From: a virus | Lineage: Duplodnaviria > Caudoviricetes | IMG/VR virus record: IMGVR_UViG_3300007229_000039 | Location: 1-32,659 of that record | DNA: 32,659 nt | Direction: 5' to 3' (one strand) | In this document: positions 18,310 through 27,513 of the stretch, in pieces | Position numbering within the stretch: the first letter of the stretch is position 1 | Layout of the letters: each line of letters begins with the position of its first letter | Notes under the pieces: model-generated | What the model saw: only the letters and a program-made list of their open reading frames with translations | The model's database searches: none | Told to the model about the DNA's origin: nothing | Made by a program: the position numbers and the translations under genes

Positions 18310-21300
18310 TTATAGTCTCTTGTTTCTAAGTGTTATAAACCCTTCCCACTCTGCACTTTGGAACACACAGGGTAGATGGGAGTCATTAGTTATAGTTATT
18401 TCAGTTTCTTTAGCTTGTGATTGAACGCCTACTTTAATAGACCCTCTTTCTACAACAGGAGAATAGTCTAGGATGTTATCCTTCTGACCTAAGATACGAC
18501 CAGTAAAGGCTGTTTTCTTAGTATCCCTGCCTCTACTCTTAACATCTACATCAAAAGTACCTGTGTCGTTGTAGTTAAAAGATATAGAGCGTAGCTGTAA
18601 CCTACTTAAATCAGTATAGTCACCATCAACAGGCTTATAGACCTGCTCAGATAGCTTATACTTAAATTGGTAAGGTTCTCCCGCATAGACATAATCGTTA
18701 ACAGTTTGACCAGACTCTAAATGAGTTTTCTGGCTAATAGCTGCAACGACTTTTGCTTGTGTGGCAGCAGAGTTACCTGTACCAATAATTTCCCCTTTGT
18801 AATTCACAAACTTCGTGAGAGACGTTGGTAGATATAATCCTGCTAAGGATGTAACTACTGCACCGACTGTAAGGGCTTCTAAGCGTACCTGATGATCTAG
18901 GAGAGCTTCTAAGCCAGCCTTCTTAAAGGTAATAGTAGATTCAGCACTGCCACCAACTTGGAAAGAGGCTGGTAGATACCTAAGCCCTCCACCTACTGCT
19001 ATATTATCAGCGTCCGCATCCATAGTAGCAAGCTGCGCATCTGTTAGAGTAAAAGCGTATCTAGTATAAGTATAACCCATACTTCCTGTTGTACTCACCA
19101 CAGCATCCGTAATATTTAAAACAGTAGATCCAAAGCTAATACTGGTTAGCTGGTCATAGTAAGGCCAGTTGTTTAAGAAAGTAAACTTTAGTGTATTAGT
19201 TGAACGGGATAGATTATAAGAACCTAAGGATGGTGTAGATGTCCAAGCTGTGGTAATAAATTGGCCGTTACCGTTTCCTGTTGGGAAGTATATAGGCGAG
19301 AAAGGTGTTACCGTACCACCACCAGCTCCACCAAAGGTAGTTGTAGGCTCTACACTAGCTGGTGCTAGATCTACATACTCAAAAGAACCGTCCGTGAAGA
19401 CAAAGTAAATTTTAGAGTTATTGAAAGAAGTACTTGCTATATCTTTAGCAAACTTCCATTTAGACCAAGAGCTTTGTAAGCGTTCGTTACTTTGATCATA
19501 CCACTTAAAAACATAACACTCTTTTTTATCACTGCTAGTTAAACATATGAGTATGTTTTCGTTAGAAGATGATGCCATTTCCCTAATGTTACCTGCTAGG
19601 TACTGAGGGATATGTGAGGTTATTAAGGCTGCATCTTTTATTTCAGTTTCGTTGTTAGTATAGTATTCTCTAACACCTGCAAAACCACCAGCCTTAGTAG
19701 CAAAGAACACGCTAGTACCTGCACCAACTGGTGAGGCTTCTAGATCACACTCAAACTTCGTTGACTGATTTATAGATACTTCAGTAGGTGTAAGAAGCTG
19801 TGCTGCTGATAGAGTAAACTGGTTTAATTCAGAGAACAATAATAAGTTATCTTGAATAGGGATAGCGGCTTTTAGGTCAGATACTTCATTCTGACTAACA
19901 GCTACATCAATAGGAGCAGAGTCTAATAAAGTCCGTACTGTAGTTCTAAAGAAGTTAAAGTAGCTGCTGGCTTCACTAAAGACAACATTCTCACCTGCTA
20001 TAATTCCTAAGCGATTACGGTGAAAGAATATATCATTAATGGTCTGGCCAACAAAGCTAGGGAAACCGTTTGTATCATCATCCCCTGCTACACGACTGTC
20101 CCAGTCCCCAGCACTAAAACTAAACTGTAAGTCACTCCCTTGTCTTAATGTATGAGGCATAGTAGCCACGTCAAAAGTATGTACTAAACCTGCCTTCATG
20201 GTTTCCTTCCAATAACCACTACCACCTTCACCAGTAAACTGAACATGGAAATTATCTTCTTTCTTCTGGTTATCACCTACTACCGCAATTCTAAACCCAT
20301 TAACGCACTGTGCGGGTAAAGAGGTAAAGGTTTTAGCGGTATCTTTAAACACACTTAAATTAGCACCACCGTCATCATCCGTTGCTAAGATGTCAAAGTC
20401 ACCAAAGGAAGCAGCTAACGCATCCGTAGATTTTTCTGTGCTACAGATAAAGTAAGGTTCTGAGTTATAAGAGGCTGGGTAAAATTGAACATCGTTGTTG
20501 GTTTGGTCTGCGTCTAATAAGGTTACAACTATTTCTCTGTTAGCGTACCTACGATAAAGTATGAAACCTCTGTTAAATGAGCTAGTAGACTCTCCTGTAT
20601 TAGACCATGCGTATTGATGGGCAATAGTCACACCATTAGCTGTGAGGTTGAAACCTGTAGCGGGTACAGTTGTACCACCAGCAGTGATATGTAATTGGTT
20701 TTTATTTACTGTGGCGTTTAAATCACCATCAAGCATCCTTTGAGTGTCAGTGTTATCAGCGCCAAATGGAATTGATAACGAACCTCTATTCCAGAGCTGG
20801 TCGAACTGCGTACTAGGAGATAAAGACTGCCTAGCAGGTGTCCTTCTACTAGCAACAACACTAGACTGTACATTCATTTTAGCTTTTAAATTGTCTCTTA
20901 ATTCTGATACTAATGTAGATACTTTTAACTCAAAATCTTTATTATTGTCAGAACTGTTATTAGGTGTGCCTACATCATTATTACTTGTGTCAGTAGATTC
21001 AATAACCGTACCTTTGCTTTTACTCGTCATTTTGATATTATAATCACGACCGTAATTTACACTTTTTAAATAAACAAGGGCTTCGTTGTGAGTATCTTCA
21101 GGGAGAATAATAGAACTTTTCTCTACTACCTTTTTTCTATTAACAATAAAAGTAGCATCAGTAACCGAAGTTGCAGTTATGTTTTTCTTTGAAAAGGCTG
21201 TAGCATTTAAACCAATTAGGTAAGAAGTGTCATCATCATTACCATAATAGGTGTCATCTACTTCTGTAACCCCGTTAAAGATTGTGTAAGCGATTGTGGT

Positions 21301-21714
21301 TCCATCAGCAAGCCAGCTAGACTTATCAGACTGATACCGTAAGTTACCTAGAATATCATAAGCTAGAACAATAGGAGTAGTGGCATCAGGTAGGATGACT
21401 ACAGTATACTGCTCATCATCACTTCGTTTGTAAGTGTGTATAAAAGCAGCTCCCAACTCAGATGATGTTAGAGTTTCTACATTACCAGTAGACAAATTAC
21501 CTTGCAGCGGTAGAGCTGTTGTACTCACAAGCCAATTAGTATTACACTTAACGAGCTTCTTTAAAAACTTTGTAGGTGGGCGCTTCTTCAATCCGTCCAC
21601 AACATCAGACAAACCGTTTTCCTGTGCCTCACCTTGACTTCCTAAACGGAGTGATGGTGGTTGTTGTGAAACCCCGTTAATGAGGTTTGGAATACTTTTA
21701 GAAACTAGCGTCAT
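18310..21714 (-). CDS. Tail tubular protein B (T7 gp12-like, nozzle), enlarged
   Basis: IPNLINGVSQQP...GLKKRPP, PSFVGQTINDIFFHRNRLG, YFNFFRTT, QSSWSKW motifs. Confidence 0.95.
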   Translation of the reverse strand: MTLVSKSIPNLINGVSQQPPSLRLGSQGEAQENGLSDVVDGLKKRPPTKFLKKLVKCNTNWLVSTTALPLQGNLSTGNVETLTSSELGAAFIHTYKRSDDEQYTVVILPDATTPIVLAYDILGNLRYQSDKSSWLADGTTIAYTIFNGVTEVDDTYYGNDDDTSYLIGLNATAFSKKNITATSVTDATFIVNRKKVVEKSSIILPEDTHNEALVYLKSVNYGRDYNIKMTSKSKGTVIESTDTSNNDVGTPNNSSDNNKDFELKVSTLVSELRDNLKAKMNVQSSVVASRRTPARQSLSPSTQFDQLWNRGSLSIPFGADNTDTQRMLDGDLNATVNKNQLHITAGGTTVPATGFNLTANGVTIAHQYAWSNTGESTSSFNRGFILYRRYANREIVVTLLDADQTNNDVQFYPASYNSEPYFICSTEKSTDALAASFGDFDILATDDDGGANLSVFKDTAKTFTSLPAQCVNGFRIAVVGDNQKKEDNFHVQFTGEGGSGYWKETMKAGLVHTFDVATMPHTLRQGSDLQFSFSAGDWDSRVAGDDDTNGFPSFVGQTINDIFFHRNRLGIIAGENVVFSEASSYFNFFRTTVRTLLDSAPIDVAVSQNEVSDLKAAIPIQDNLLLFSELNQFTLSAAQLLTPTEVSINQSTKFECDLEASPVGAGTSVFFATKAGGFAGVREYYTNNETEIKDAALITSHIPQYLAGNIREMASSSNENILICLTSSDKKECYVFKWYDQSNERLQSSWSKWKFAKDIASTSFNNSKIYFVFTDGSFEYVDLAPASVEPTTTFGGAGGGTVTPFSPIYFPTGNGNGQFITTAWTSTPSLGSYNLSRSTNTLKFTFLNNWPYYDQLTSISFGSTVLNITDAVVSTTGSMGYTYTRYAFTLTDAQLATMDADADNIAVGGGLRYLPASFQVGGSAESTITFKKAGLEALLDHQVRLEALTVGAVVTSLAGLYLPTSLTKFVNYKGEIIGTGNSAATQAKVVAAISQKTHLESGQTVNDYVYAGEPYQFKYKLSEQVYKPVDGDYTDLSRLQLRSISFNYNDTGTFDVDVKSRGRDTKKTAFTGRILGQKDNILDYSPVVERGSIKVGVQSQAKETEITITNDSHLPCVFQSAEWEGFITLRNKRL

Positions 21715-21715
21715 T

Positions 21716-22321
21716 TTAAATCACCTTTGTTCCGATAGAACGGTCAAGCACTCGTGCGGTGCTTCTGTCATCGAATATGTTATAATCGCCATTATCCCCT
21801 TCCATCTCTCGGAGGGCAAATAAGGCTTCTTGTTCATCATTCCTGTTCATTGCTGATAAGGTATCACTACCTACAACCCGCTCTTGGAAGATACGTGCTG
21901 CCTTTACAGAGATGTAGCGTCTTGCTACTTCAGGACATAATTCATAATTGAGTAGGACGACCACATCTAGTGTGAGAGGTGCGCCTATATTATAAGTGTG
22001 CTTAATTTTATCGTACATCTTGTTGCCACGTTGTACGTATTCATTCTTAGTGCTTCTAAACTTTGTCTCAGAGTCAGCTAAGTCTGCTCTAATTACTTCT
22101 GTAGGAAGTCTTACTTCACCGCTAATATTAGCAGCAACAGTATAATTGGGTTCCGAGTTAAAGTTCCATCCGCTTGCTTGGACACTTCGAGAAACTTCAT
22201 TGAGAATTGTCTCAGCAGTCTCGGCATCTACTAAGCCAGATGTTAAACTGTTTACTGGTGCTTCACCAATAGTTGACAGCATGGAGTTTACTGCTTCCAG
22301 TTTTGTTGTGGGAGTTGTCAT
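21716..22321 (-). CDS. Tail tubular protein A (T7 gp11-like)
   Basis: KLEAVNSMLSTIGEAPV...GWNFN motif; start placed at ATG 22321 after a GAGG SD (the ORF track extends into the terminator). Confidence 0.95.
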   Translation of the reverse strand: MTTPTTKLEAVNSMLSTIGEAPVNSLTSGLVDAETAETILNEVSRSVQASGWNFNSEPNYTVAANISGEVRLPTEVIRADLADSETKFRSTKNEYVQRGNKMYDKIKHTYNIGAPLTLDVVVLLNYELCPEVARRYISVKAARIFQERVVGSDTLSAMNRNDEQEALFALREMEGDNGDYNIFDDRSTARVLDRSIGTKVI

Positions 22322-22334
22322 GTTTACCTCAATG

Positions 22335-22373
22335 AAAAAATAAAGAGAGAAGCACCCCCGAAGGAGTGCTCTC
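22335..22373 (-). terminator. T-phi-like terminator after major capsid gene
   Basis: Minus strand GAGAGCACTCC-TTCG-GGGGTGCTTCTC followed by TCTTTATTTTTT. Confidence 0.85.
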
Positions 22374-22383
22374 AATTATACTA

Positions 22384-23460
22384 TTAAACAATAGCGATTG
22401 CTGATTTGCCACGTAATACGTTGTGACCCATAGCGTACTTAGCTACCATCAATGTACCTTGACGATCAATCTGATACTCAGACTCAACACCTAGATCCAA
22501 TAACTTAACTGTAGCAGCCGCATCTTTAGTAAAGATAAGACCTTTCAAGTTAGGTACTGTTGCATCGTAAGCAGCGTTACGAGCTTCGCCAGAGTTAGAT
22601 GCAGTAGATAGAGGAGTAGGGGTAGATTGTGAAGCTGTAGGCAAGTGGTTAGACATTAATACTTTAACGCCACCAATTGAAGGAGCTTGACCTAAAGCTA
22701 CGCTACCATTACCACCAACATCACGATTCATCGCAGAGTTAGTAAGAGTGTTAGCTTGTGCGCCGAATAACAAGTAGTAAGCTTCAGGTGTTAACACCAA
22801 GAACTTCTCACCAGTTACGTTATGCTCATCAAACTTTTGCAAAGCTGTAAATACAGCATCTACAATTTGTTGACCAGTTGCAACAGTGCCACCAGTATCA
22901 GTATCGATAACACCAGCAGTTGAAGTTAAAGCACCACCAGCATCAGGATCTTCTACGTTAATGCCAGCAAAGTCTGCGTGCGCCCAGTAACCAGCTTGAT
23001 CACCACCAGAAATAGTAGTAGCAGCTTTTAAGATAGTAGAGAAGATGTTTTTATCCGCAGCGTTAGCTAAGGCATTACCCATTTCTTTACTATAAGTAGA
23101 ACGAACTTCATAGTGATTCATTGCTTCGTCAATTTTAGGAACGAAAGCTGCTGATACTAAAAGATCGTCAACTGTTACAGTTACTTCGCTATGCGCTACA
23201 GAGTCACCAAGAATGGTTTTACCTGCCGCATGATAACCAGCATCAATTACACCAATACTTGGGAACTGTGCAGATTTACCGCTGTTGATTGTGCGAACTC
23301 TGTGAAGAGGCATCGCAATGTTTTTCTCTTCAAATGAAGTTAATACTTCACCAGAGAATTGTTTTAAAAATAATTCACGATTAGAGTTACCGTAGTTGTT
23401 TTGTCCTAAACGTGATACTGCATCTACATCCGCAGCATTAGCTGAACTTGACCATACCAT
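22384..23460 (-). CDS. Major capsid protein (T7 gp10-like)
   Basis: LFLKQFSGEVLTSF, RTINSGKSAQFP, YEVRSTYSKEMGNALA, AKYAMGH motifs. Confidence 0.97.
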   Translation of the reverse strand: MVWSSSANAADVDAVSRLGQNNYGNSNRELFLKQFSGEVLTSFEEKNIAMPLHRVRTINSGKSAQFPSIGVIDAGYHAAGKTILGDSVAHSEVTVTVDDLLVSAAFVPKIDEAMNHYEVRSTYSKEMGNALANAADKNIFSTILKAATTISGGDQAGYWAHADFAGINVEDPDAGGALTSTAGVIDTDTGGTVATGQQIVDAVFTALQKFDEHNVTGEKFLVLTPEAYYLLFGAQANTLTNSAMNRDVGGNGSVALGQAPSIGGVKVLMSNHLPTASQSTPTPLSTASNSGEARNAAYDATVPNLKGLIFTKDAAATVKLLDLGVESEYQIDRQGTLMVAKYAMGHNVLRGKSAIAIV

Positions 23461-23600
23461 AATAATATACCTTTTAAGTTAAATGTTTAAATGAATGATT
23501 ATTCTACTCAGTCACTTAACACTCAATCTGTTCTCTGAGATTGTCCACCGCAGCGGGTCAAAGGTAATAAGTTTTTCGTGTTATTGTTTCTTTTAGAATT

Positions 23601-23622
23601 AAAAAAGCCCCCCGAAGGAGGC
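23601..23622 (-). terminator. Intrinsic terminator between scaffold and capsid genes
   Basis: Minus strand GCCTCC-TTCG-GGGGGC-TTTTTT just after the scaffold stop. Confidence 0.8.
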
Positions 23623-23630
23623 CAAAGAGA

Positions 23631-24422
23631 CTATGTTACGTTGCTGCGAGCAAGTTTGTTCGCAACTTGTTGACGGTACGCTGGATCAGTTTCGTATCGG
23701 GTATCCTTCATAGCTGCGGTCACTTCTGCCCACGAGCTATAATTACCGCCTGTTGAGGTAGTAGATTGTCCACCAATTAAAGATGGGTCTGATCCTTCTA
23801 CAGATTGATACTTACTGCGTAATCCAGTGATAGCCAACTTGACCATCTCAATGTCTCCAGAGTCTACAGATTTATCATAGGCTGCGATTTCAGCTTTGCT
23901 GAGGTTGTCGCTTGCCCATTGAGTCATTGCTGCATACTCTTCTTTGCCACCTGCGCTTTCGTAGACGGCACTTTCGTAAGAGCTGTTAAGAGCTTCTTGC
24001 CCTTTGATCCAACTCGTTACCAAATCCTTAGAGAACCCTGCTTCTGCTAACGTGTCATACGTAGCATCTGAGAGTCCGCCTTGTTCGTTGTATTCGCCTT
24101 GTAGAGCACTAAAGTCAACTCCTGCATCTGTTACAGCTTGTTGTACAGTCTCAGCACTAGGGCTTTCACCCTCTGCTTCTTCTGTAGGTGCTTCTACTTT
24201 TTCTTGTGTTGCTTCTTCACCTGACCCCATCTTCTGTTCGAGTTGGGCATATGCTTCAGCCATCTGCTGTGCATCTTTAAACTTATCAGGTAGCCACTCA
24301 GGGCGTTGCTCTTGATCAGGATTGTTATTCTGTTCAAGTTGCTCACCTTTCGCAATCATTGCGTCTACGTGTTCTTGATTCTCACCTTGTTCTTGGTGTG
24401 TCGATAAATTTTCTGTACTCAT
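23631..24422 (-). CDS. Capsid scaffolding protein (T7 gp9-like)
   Basis: RPEWLPDKF...AYAQLE, AGGKEEY...WA, AMKDTRYETDPAYRQQV...KL motifs; acidic. Confidence 0.95.
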   Translation of the reverse strand: MSTENLSTHQEQGENQEHVDAMIAKGEQLEQNNNPDQEQRPEWLPDKFKDAQQMAEAYAQLEQKMGSGEEATQEKVEAPTEEAEGESPSAETVQQAVTDAGVDFSALQGEYNEQGGLSDATYDTLAEAGFSKDLVTSWIKGQEALNSSYESAVYESAGGKEEYAAMTQWASDNLSKAEIAAYDKSVDSGDIEMVKLAITGLRSKYQSVEGSDPSLIGGQSTTSTGGNYSSWAEVTAAMKDTRYETDPAYRQQVANKLARSNVT

Positions 24423-24440
24423 AAATAGTCTCTTTAATTG

Positions 24441-25415
24441 TTAAGCTTTTTTAGTAGTGTACTTGGCACCACGCCAGTCAAAGATTTTTTCACCTTTTTT
24501 CGTAGCGGCTTTAAATGCTTTGTTAAACTCATTCTTCCTGTCTTTTACAAGAAGGTCAGCCTCCAAGTTACGCCTAGTTTTAAAATCATCTCCAAAGTTT
24601 TTAAGGTTCTTCTCGGCTTTACCCCATTCACCTTTTGTAACTTGCTTCCAATAATTCTTAGGCCATTTATTTTTTTCTTTGTTTGTACCGTATTGGAAAA
24701 ACACGGAGGCAACGGCTGTCTGTTGCTCTGCGGTTAAGTCTACAAACTTAGTTAAGGACTCTGCATCAAACGCTTCAATAAGCTTATCTAGTAATTTACC
24801 TTTAATAGCTGTATTAACTTCATCTACTTGATCTGATGTTAAAGTAAGAGGGTTCTTGGCTAAGTAGTCAGTCGCCGCTTTGTTCTTTAAACCAAAGTAG
24901 CCGTTAAGAGTTGTTACAAGAGTCTCAGATACACCTGCACTTTTAAACTCAGCAGCAGACCACTGACCTAAATCTATACCCATGCCTATTGTGTTACCTG
25001 ATTTACCTATAACTTCCTTAACGCCTTTAGCGTTTGTCTCTTGGGGTACATACATTGAAAGTTTATTACCTTCTCGTGCTTTAATAAAACCCCAATCAAC
25101 AGCGTGTACTTTCTCTTCAACAACTTCCTCTTCTACACCATTCCACTTATTATTAAGAGCAGTGTATTGCTCTTGTGGTGTTGATGTAGCGTAAGCAGGG
25201 TTTGAGGTTATAAGAATCTTAGAGTTAGCCATAAAGTTAGAAGCAGCTTTGGCTTCAAGAACATCTCTAGGGATGTCCGTAGACAACCCCGATCCATGTT
25301 TAATTCTCTCTGACTCAATCCAACTTTTGTTAGAGGGTACTTCTGCATCGATGTACTCCATAGGATCTTTGTCAGCTAAATCGTTATAGAATAGTTGCTC
25401 TGCTGATGTTGACAT
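24441..25415 (-). CDS. Pesticin-like (T4-lysozyme fold) muramidase domain protein
   Basis: VDWGFIKAREG...YVP...SGNTIGMGIDLGQ...QQTAVASVFFQYG...W...LKNFGD...TRRNLEADLL matches pesticin C-terminal-like lysozymes. Confidence 0.8.
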   Translation of the reverse strand: MSTSAEQLFYNDLADKDPMEYIDAEVPSNKSWIESERIKHGSGLSTDIPRDVLEAKAASNFMANSKILITSNPAYATSTPQEQYTALNNKWNGVEEEVVEEKVHAVDWGFIKAREGNKLSMYVPQETNAKGVKEVIGKSGNTIGMGIDLGQWSAAEFKSAGVSETLVTTLNGYFGLKNKAATDYLAKNPLTLTSDQVDEVNTAIKGKLLDKLIEAFDAESLTKFVDLTAEQQTAVASVFFQYGTNKEKNKWPKNYWKQVTKGEWGKAEKNLKNFGDDFKTRRNLEADLLVKDRKNEFNKAFKAATKKGEKIFDWRGAKYTTKKA

Positions 25416-26968
25416 TACTCTTCCTCAGGCATCTGTGCCATTGCATCCGCAGCACCTTTCGCCATAGGGCCAACACCCTTCTCAGCCATCTGCGCCATCA
25501 TCTGTTGCTGTTGGGCTTCTTGAGCTGCTTGTTGTTCCTGTTGTTTCTGTTCAGGTGACTTAACTAACCCTTGTGTATCAATTCCTAATGAAGCACCTAA
25601 GCGAGATAAGTAATCACCAATGTTTAACTCATTAGCAATAACATCTTGACCTAATGGTTGAAGCATTGAAAGGAATGATTGAAGTTTGTTAAGATCCTGT
25701 CCACGACCCAGTGCCTCTAAACCAGTTACGATTTGAGGCTTTAAGGTATCTTTTGGAAACTTGGGCATCTTACCTTCTTTCTGCATCTGTGCCAGAAGGA
25801 GGTTAACGAGAGGGACTTGAAATTCTTGTGATAGTACAGAGTAGATACCGCCGAGAGCAGTCTCTAATTCCTGTGCCATGAAGCGTACTTCTTCTGCTGT
25901 TACTCGTTCAGCATTCCGTTGGACGGAGCTGTTAAGTAAGAAAGCATAAGATAGACGTTCTGTGATTGTGTTCATTGTTTCTTGTGCAACTCTAAAGTCG
26001 TTAAACTTATTAGCTTGTAGTGTTGTCACATCGTTAGCATCACCGGAGATGATACCACCGTTAGGTGAGTCTGCAATGTTGCGAATCTTTGTTGTGCCAT
26101 TAGGTCTAACTAAGAATAGAAGTTTAGCACTTGCTGCGCTGCCTTCTACGATAGCTTGTGTGAGAGCCTCAAGAGATTTTAAATCACCTGCATACTCTTC
26201 AACAAAACCTCGTCCATAGTCTTCACCATCTATTGAGATAAAGCGTAAAGCCATCCACGGTAGTTTGTCTTCACGGTATGAACCTTGAGACTTAGGAATA
26301 ATGATACCCATAACTTCTTGATGGACTACATACTTAGCACCCTCTCTGCGTACACAAGTAAAAAGATCACATTCTTTTTTGTTTGTATCTGCTTGGTACT
26401 CAGGGTTCTCTAGTAATACTTCTCGTATCTCTGGAGGTAAAGCCTCAAACGCAATAGACTCTTTAACAATAATCTTTAAGAGGTTTCCCATAGAGTCACG
26501 TTGGACTACAAAGCGATCTAATCGAAATACTTTCATACCACCTTTAGGAGGCATGTGGACTAGAGCATTACCTGAAACAATCAATTGCTTGAGAGCTTCA
26601 AAGGTAGGAACACGTATAGCTTTTGATTCTACAGTCTGTGTAGCACTGCGTTCAATACGAGCAAGAGCTTCTTCTGCCTTGCCTCGTTGATCACCACCTA
26701 ATTCAACTAAGTCGAAATCATCTATCGTTAAGCGAAAGAAGGGAGTGTTCGGTGGTAGCAGTGTCATTAATAGTTTGGATGCAAGGTTGTTTACACCTCT
26801 GGCACCTACCGATTGGAAGGGTGTGTCAAATGAGCTTGAACCGTTGCTGCCCTCTGGGGGCAACAGTGTAGGGATCGTTAACTCAGCACATGTCCTTGCT
26901 CTTGATAGGAACGCATCTCTGTCTGCCGCCATGTTCTCATAGCTTTTACCGATAGATAATTCGTTCAT
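25415..26968 (-). CDS. Portal (head-tail connector, T7 gp8-like)
   Basis: PFQSVGARGVNNLASKL, GEDYGRG, ERVTAEEVR, TGLEALGRGQD motifs. Confidence 0.97.
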   Translation of the reverse strand: MNELSIGKSYENMAADRDAFLSRARTCAELTIPTLLPPEGSNGSSSFDTPFQSVGARGVNNLASKLLMTLLPPNTPFFRLTIDDFDLVELGGDQRGKAEEALARIERSATQTVESKAIRVPTFEALKQLIVSGNALVHMPPKGGMKVFRLDRFVVQRDSMGNLLKIIVKESIAFEALPPEIREVLLENPEYQADTNKKECDLFTCVRREGAKYVVHQEVMGIIIPKSQGSYREDKLPWMALRFISIDGEDYGRGFVEEYAGDLKSLEALTQAIVEGSAASAKLLFLVRPNGTTKIRNIADSPNGGIISGDANDVTTLQANKFNDFRVAQETMNTITERLSYAFLLNSSVQRNAERVTAEEVRFMAQELETALGGIYSVLSQEFQVPLVNLLLAQMQKEGKMPKFPKDTLKPQIVTGLEALGRGQDLNKLQSFLSMLQPLGQDVIANELNIGDYLSRLGASLGIDTQGLVKSPEQKQQEQQAAQEAQQQQMMAQMAEKGVGPMAKGAADAMAQMPEEE

Positions 26969-26983
26969 GTTAGGGTTCCTTTA

Positions 26984-27205
26984 TTATCCTATTTTCAGAC
27001 CTGAGGCATAAGACGAAGCAGCTTTTGCTACCTGTGCTCCAGATGATCCTCGACCTAACATACCTTTAGCGCCTCTAGCTTTTTTCTTTAAGGCTGTAGC
27101 GTTTGAGTCTACCGCATCTTCTAACTCTGAAGGTGGTTTCTCAGGAGGTGGTGGCGGGGTTACTGTAGGTACTGGCGCTGGTGGTTTTGGAGATTTCATG
27201 CACAT
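26984..27205 (-). CDS. Small virion protein (gp7.3 position)
   Basis: MC start, Pro-rich, ends SGLKI; typical pre-portal gene. Confidence 0.75.
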   Translation of the reverse strand: MCMKSPKPPAPVPTVTPPPPPEKPPSELEDAVDSNATALKKKARGAKGMLGRGSSGAQVAKAASSYASGLKIG

Positions 27206-27207
27206 AA

Positions 27208-27387
27208 TTAATTCTCATCTGGTTGGTCATCTTCAAGCATCGTTTCTAGCTTTAGGATGATGGATTGTTGTCCTTGGAGGAACGCTACTTGTATTTCCTG
27301 AACACCAAGGTGATGTGGGAGCTGGTTTGGGTATAAACCTTTAAGTTTATCTACCAACTCTTTAGTTATAATAGGGTTTATTTTCAT
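27208..27387 (-). CDS. Conserved small hypothetical protein (59 aa), first gene of structural module
   Basis: Not in ORF track: MKINPIITKELVDKLKGLYPNQLPHHLGVQEIQVAFLQGQQSIILKLETMLEDDQPDEN; fills the gap between the promoter and the gp7.3-like gene. Confidence 0.8.
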   Translation of the reverse strand: MKINPIITKELVDKLKGLYPNQLPHHLGVQEIQVAFLQGQQSIILKLETMLEDDQPDEN

Positions 27388-27396
27388 AGCTGTTCT

Positions 27397-27417
27397 CTAA
27401 TAGGGGAACCTTCGAGA
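27397..27417 (-). promoter_or_regulatory. Putative phage RNA polymerase late promoter
   Basis: TCTCGAAGGTTCCCCTATTAG, identical to 2197-2217; directly upstream of the structural genes. Confidence 0.78.
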
Positions 27418-27428
27418 TACTTAAACTA

Positions 27429-27441
27429 AATCAAAAGGTTA
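27429..27441 (+). promoter_or_regulatory. IHF consensus site upstream of late promoter
   Basis: AATCAAAAGGTTA = WATCAANNNNTTR; same offset as 2229-2241. Confidence 0.6.
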
Positions 27442-27465
27442 TGAGGGAAGTGTAACCAGACATTT

Positions 27466-27509
27466 GCGATGATATGGAGGCAGGTTACTACCTCCAATAC
27501 CATTACCGC
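27466..27509 (-). other. Long RNA hairpin after nrdJ (processing site or terminator-like)
   Basis: GCGGTAATGGTATTGGAGGTAG-TAAC-CTGCCTCCATATCATCGC, about 18 bp of bulged stem, no U-tract. Confidence 0.55.
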
Positions 27510-27513
27510 TTTT

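Noticed and set aside
22321-22400. T7 10B-style frameshift extension of the capsid, and the 22375 start for tail tubular A
   Set aside because: The capsid stop is followed directly by the terminator with no room for an extension; the longer gp11 start runs through the terminator hairpin.
23485-23506. Possible Fur-like site in capsid leader (minus strand TAGAATAATCATTCATT)
   Set aside because: Only the central ATAATCATTC matches; not distinguishable from AT-rich background.
24441-25415. Pesticin bacteriocin that uses an iron-siderophore receptor
   Set aside because: Only the lysozyme-like domain is similar; no evidence for the receptor-binding or translocation domains.
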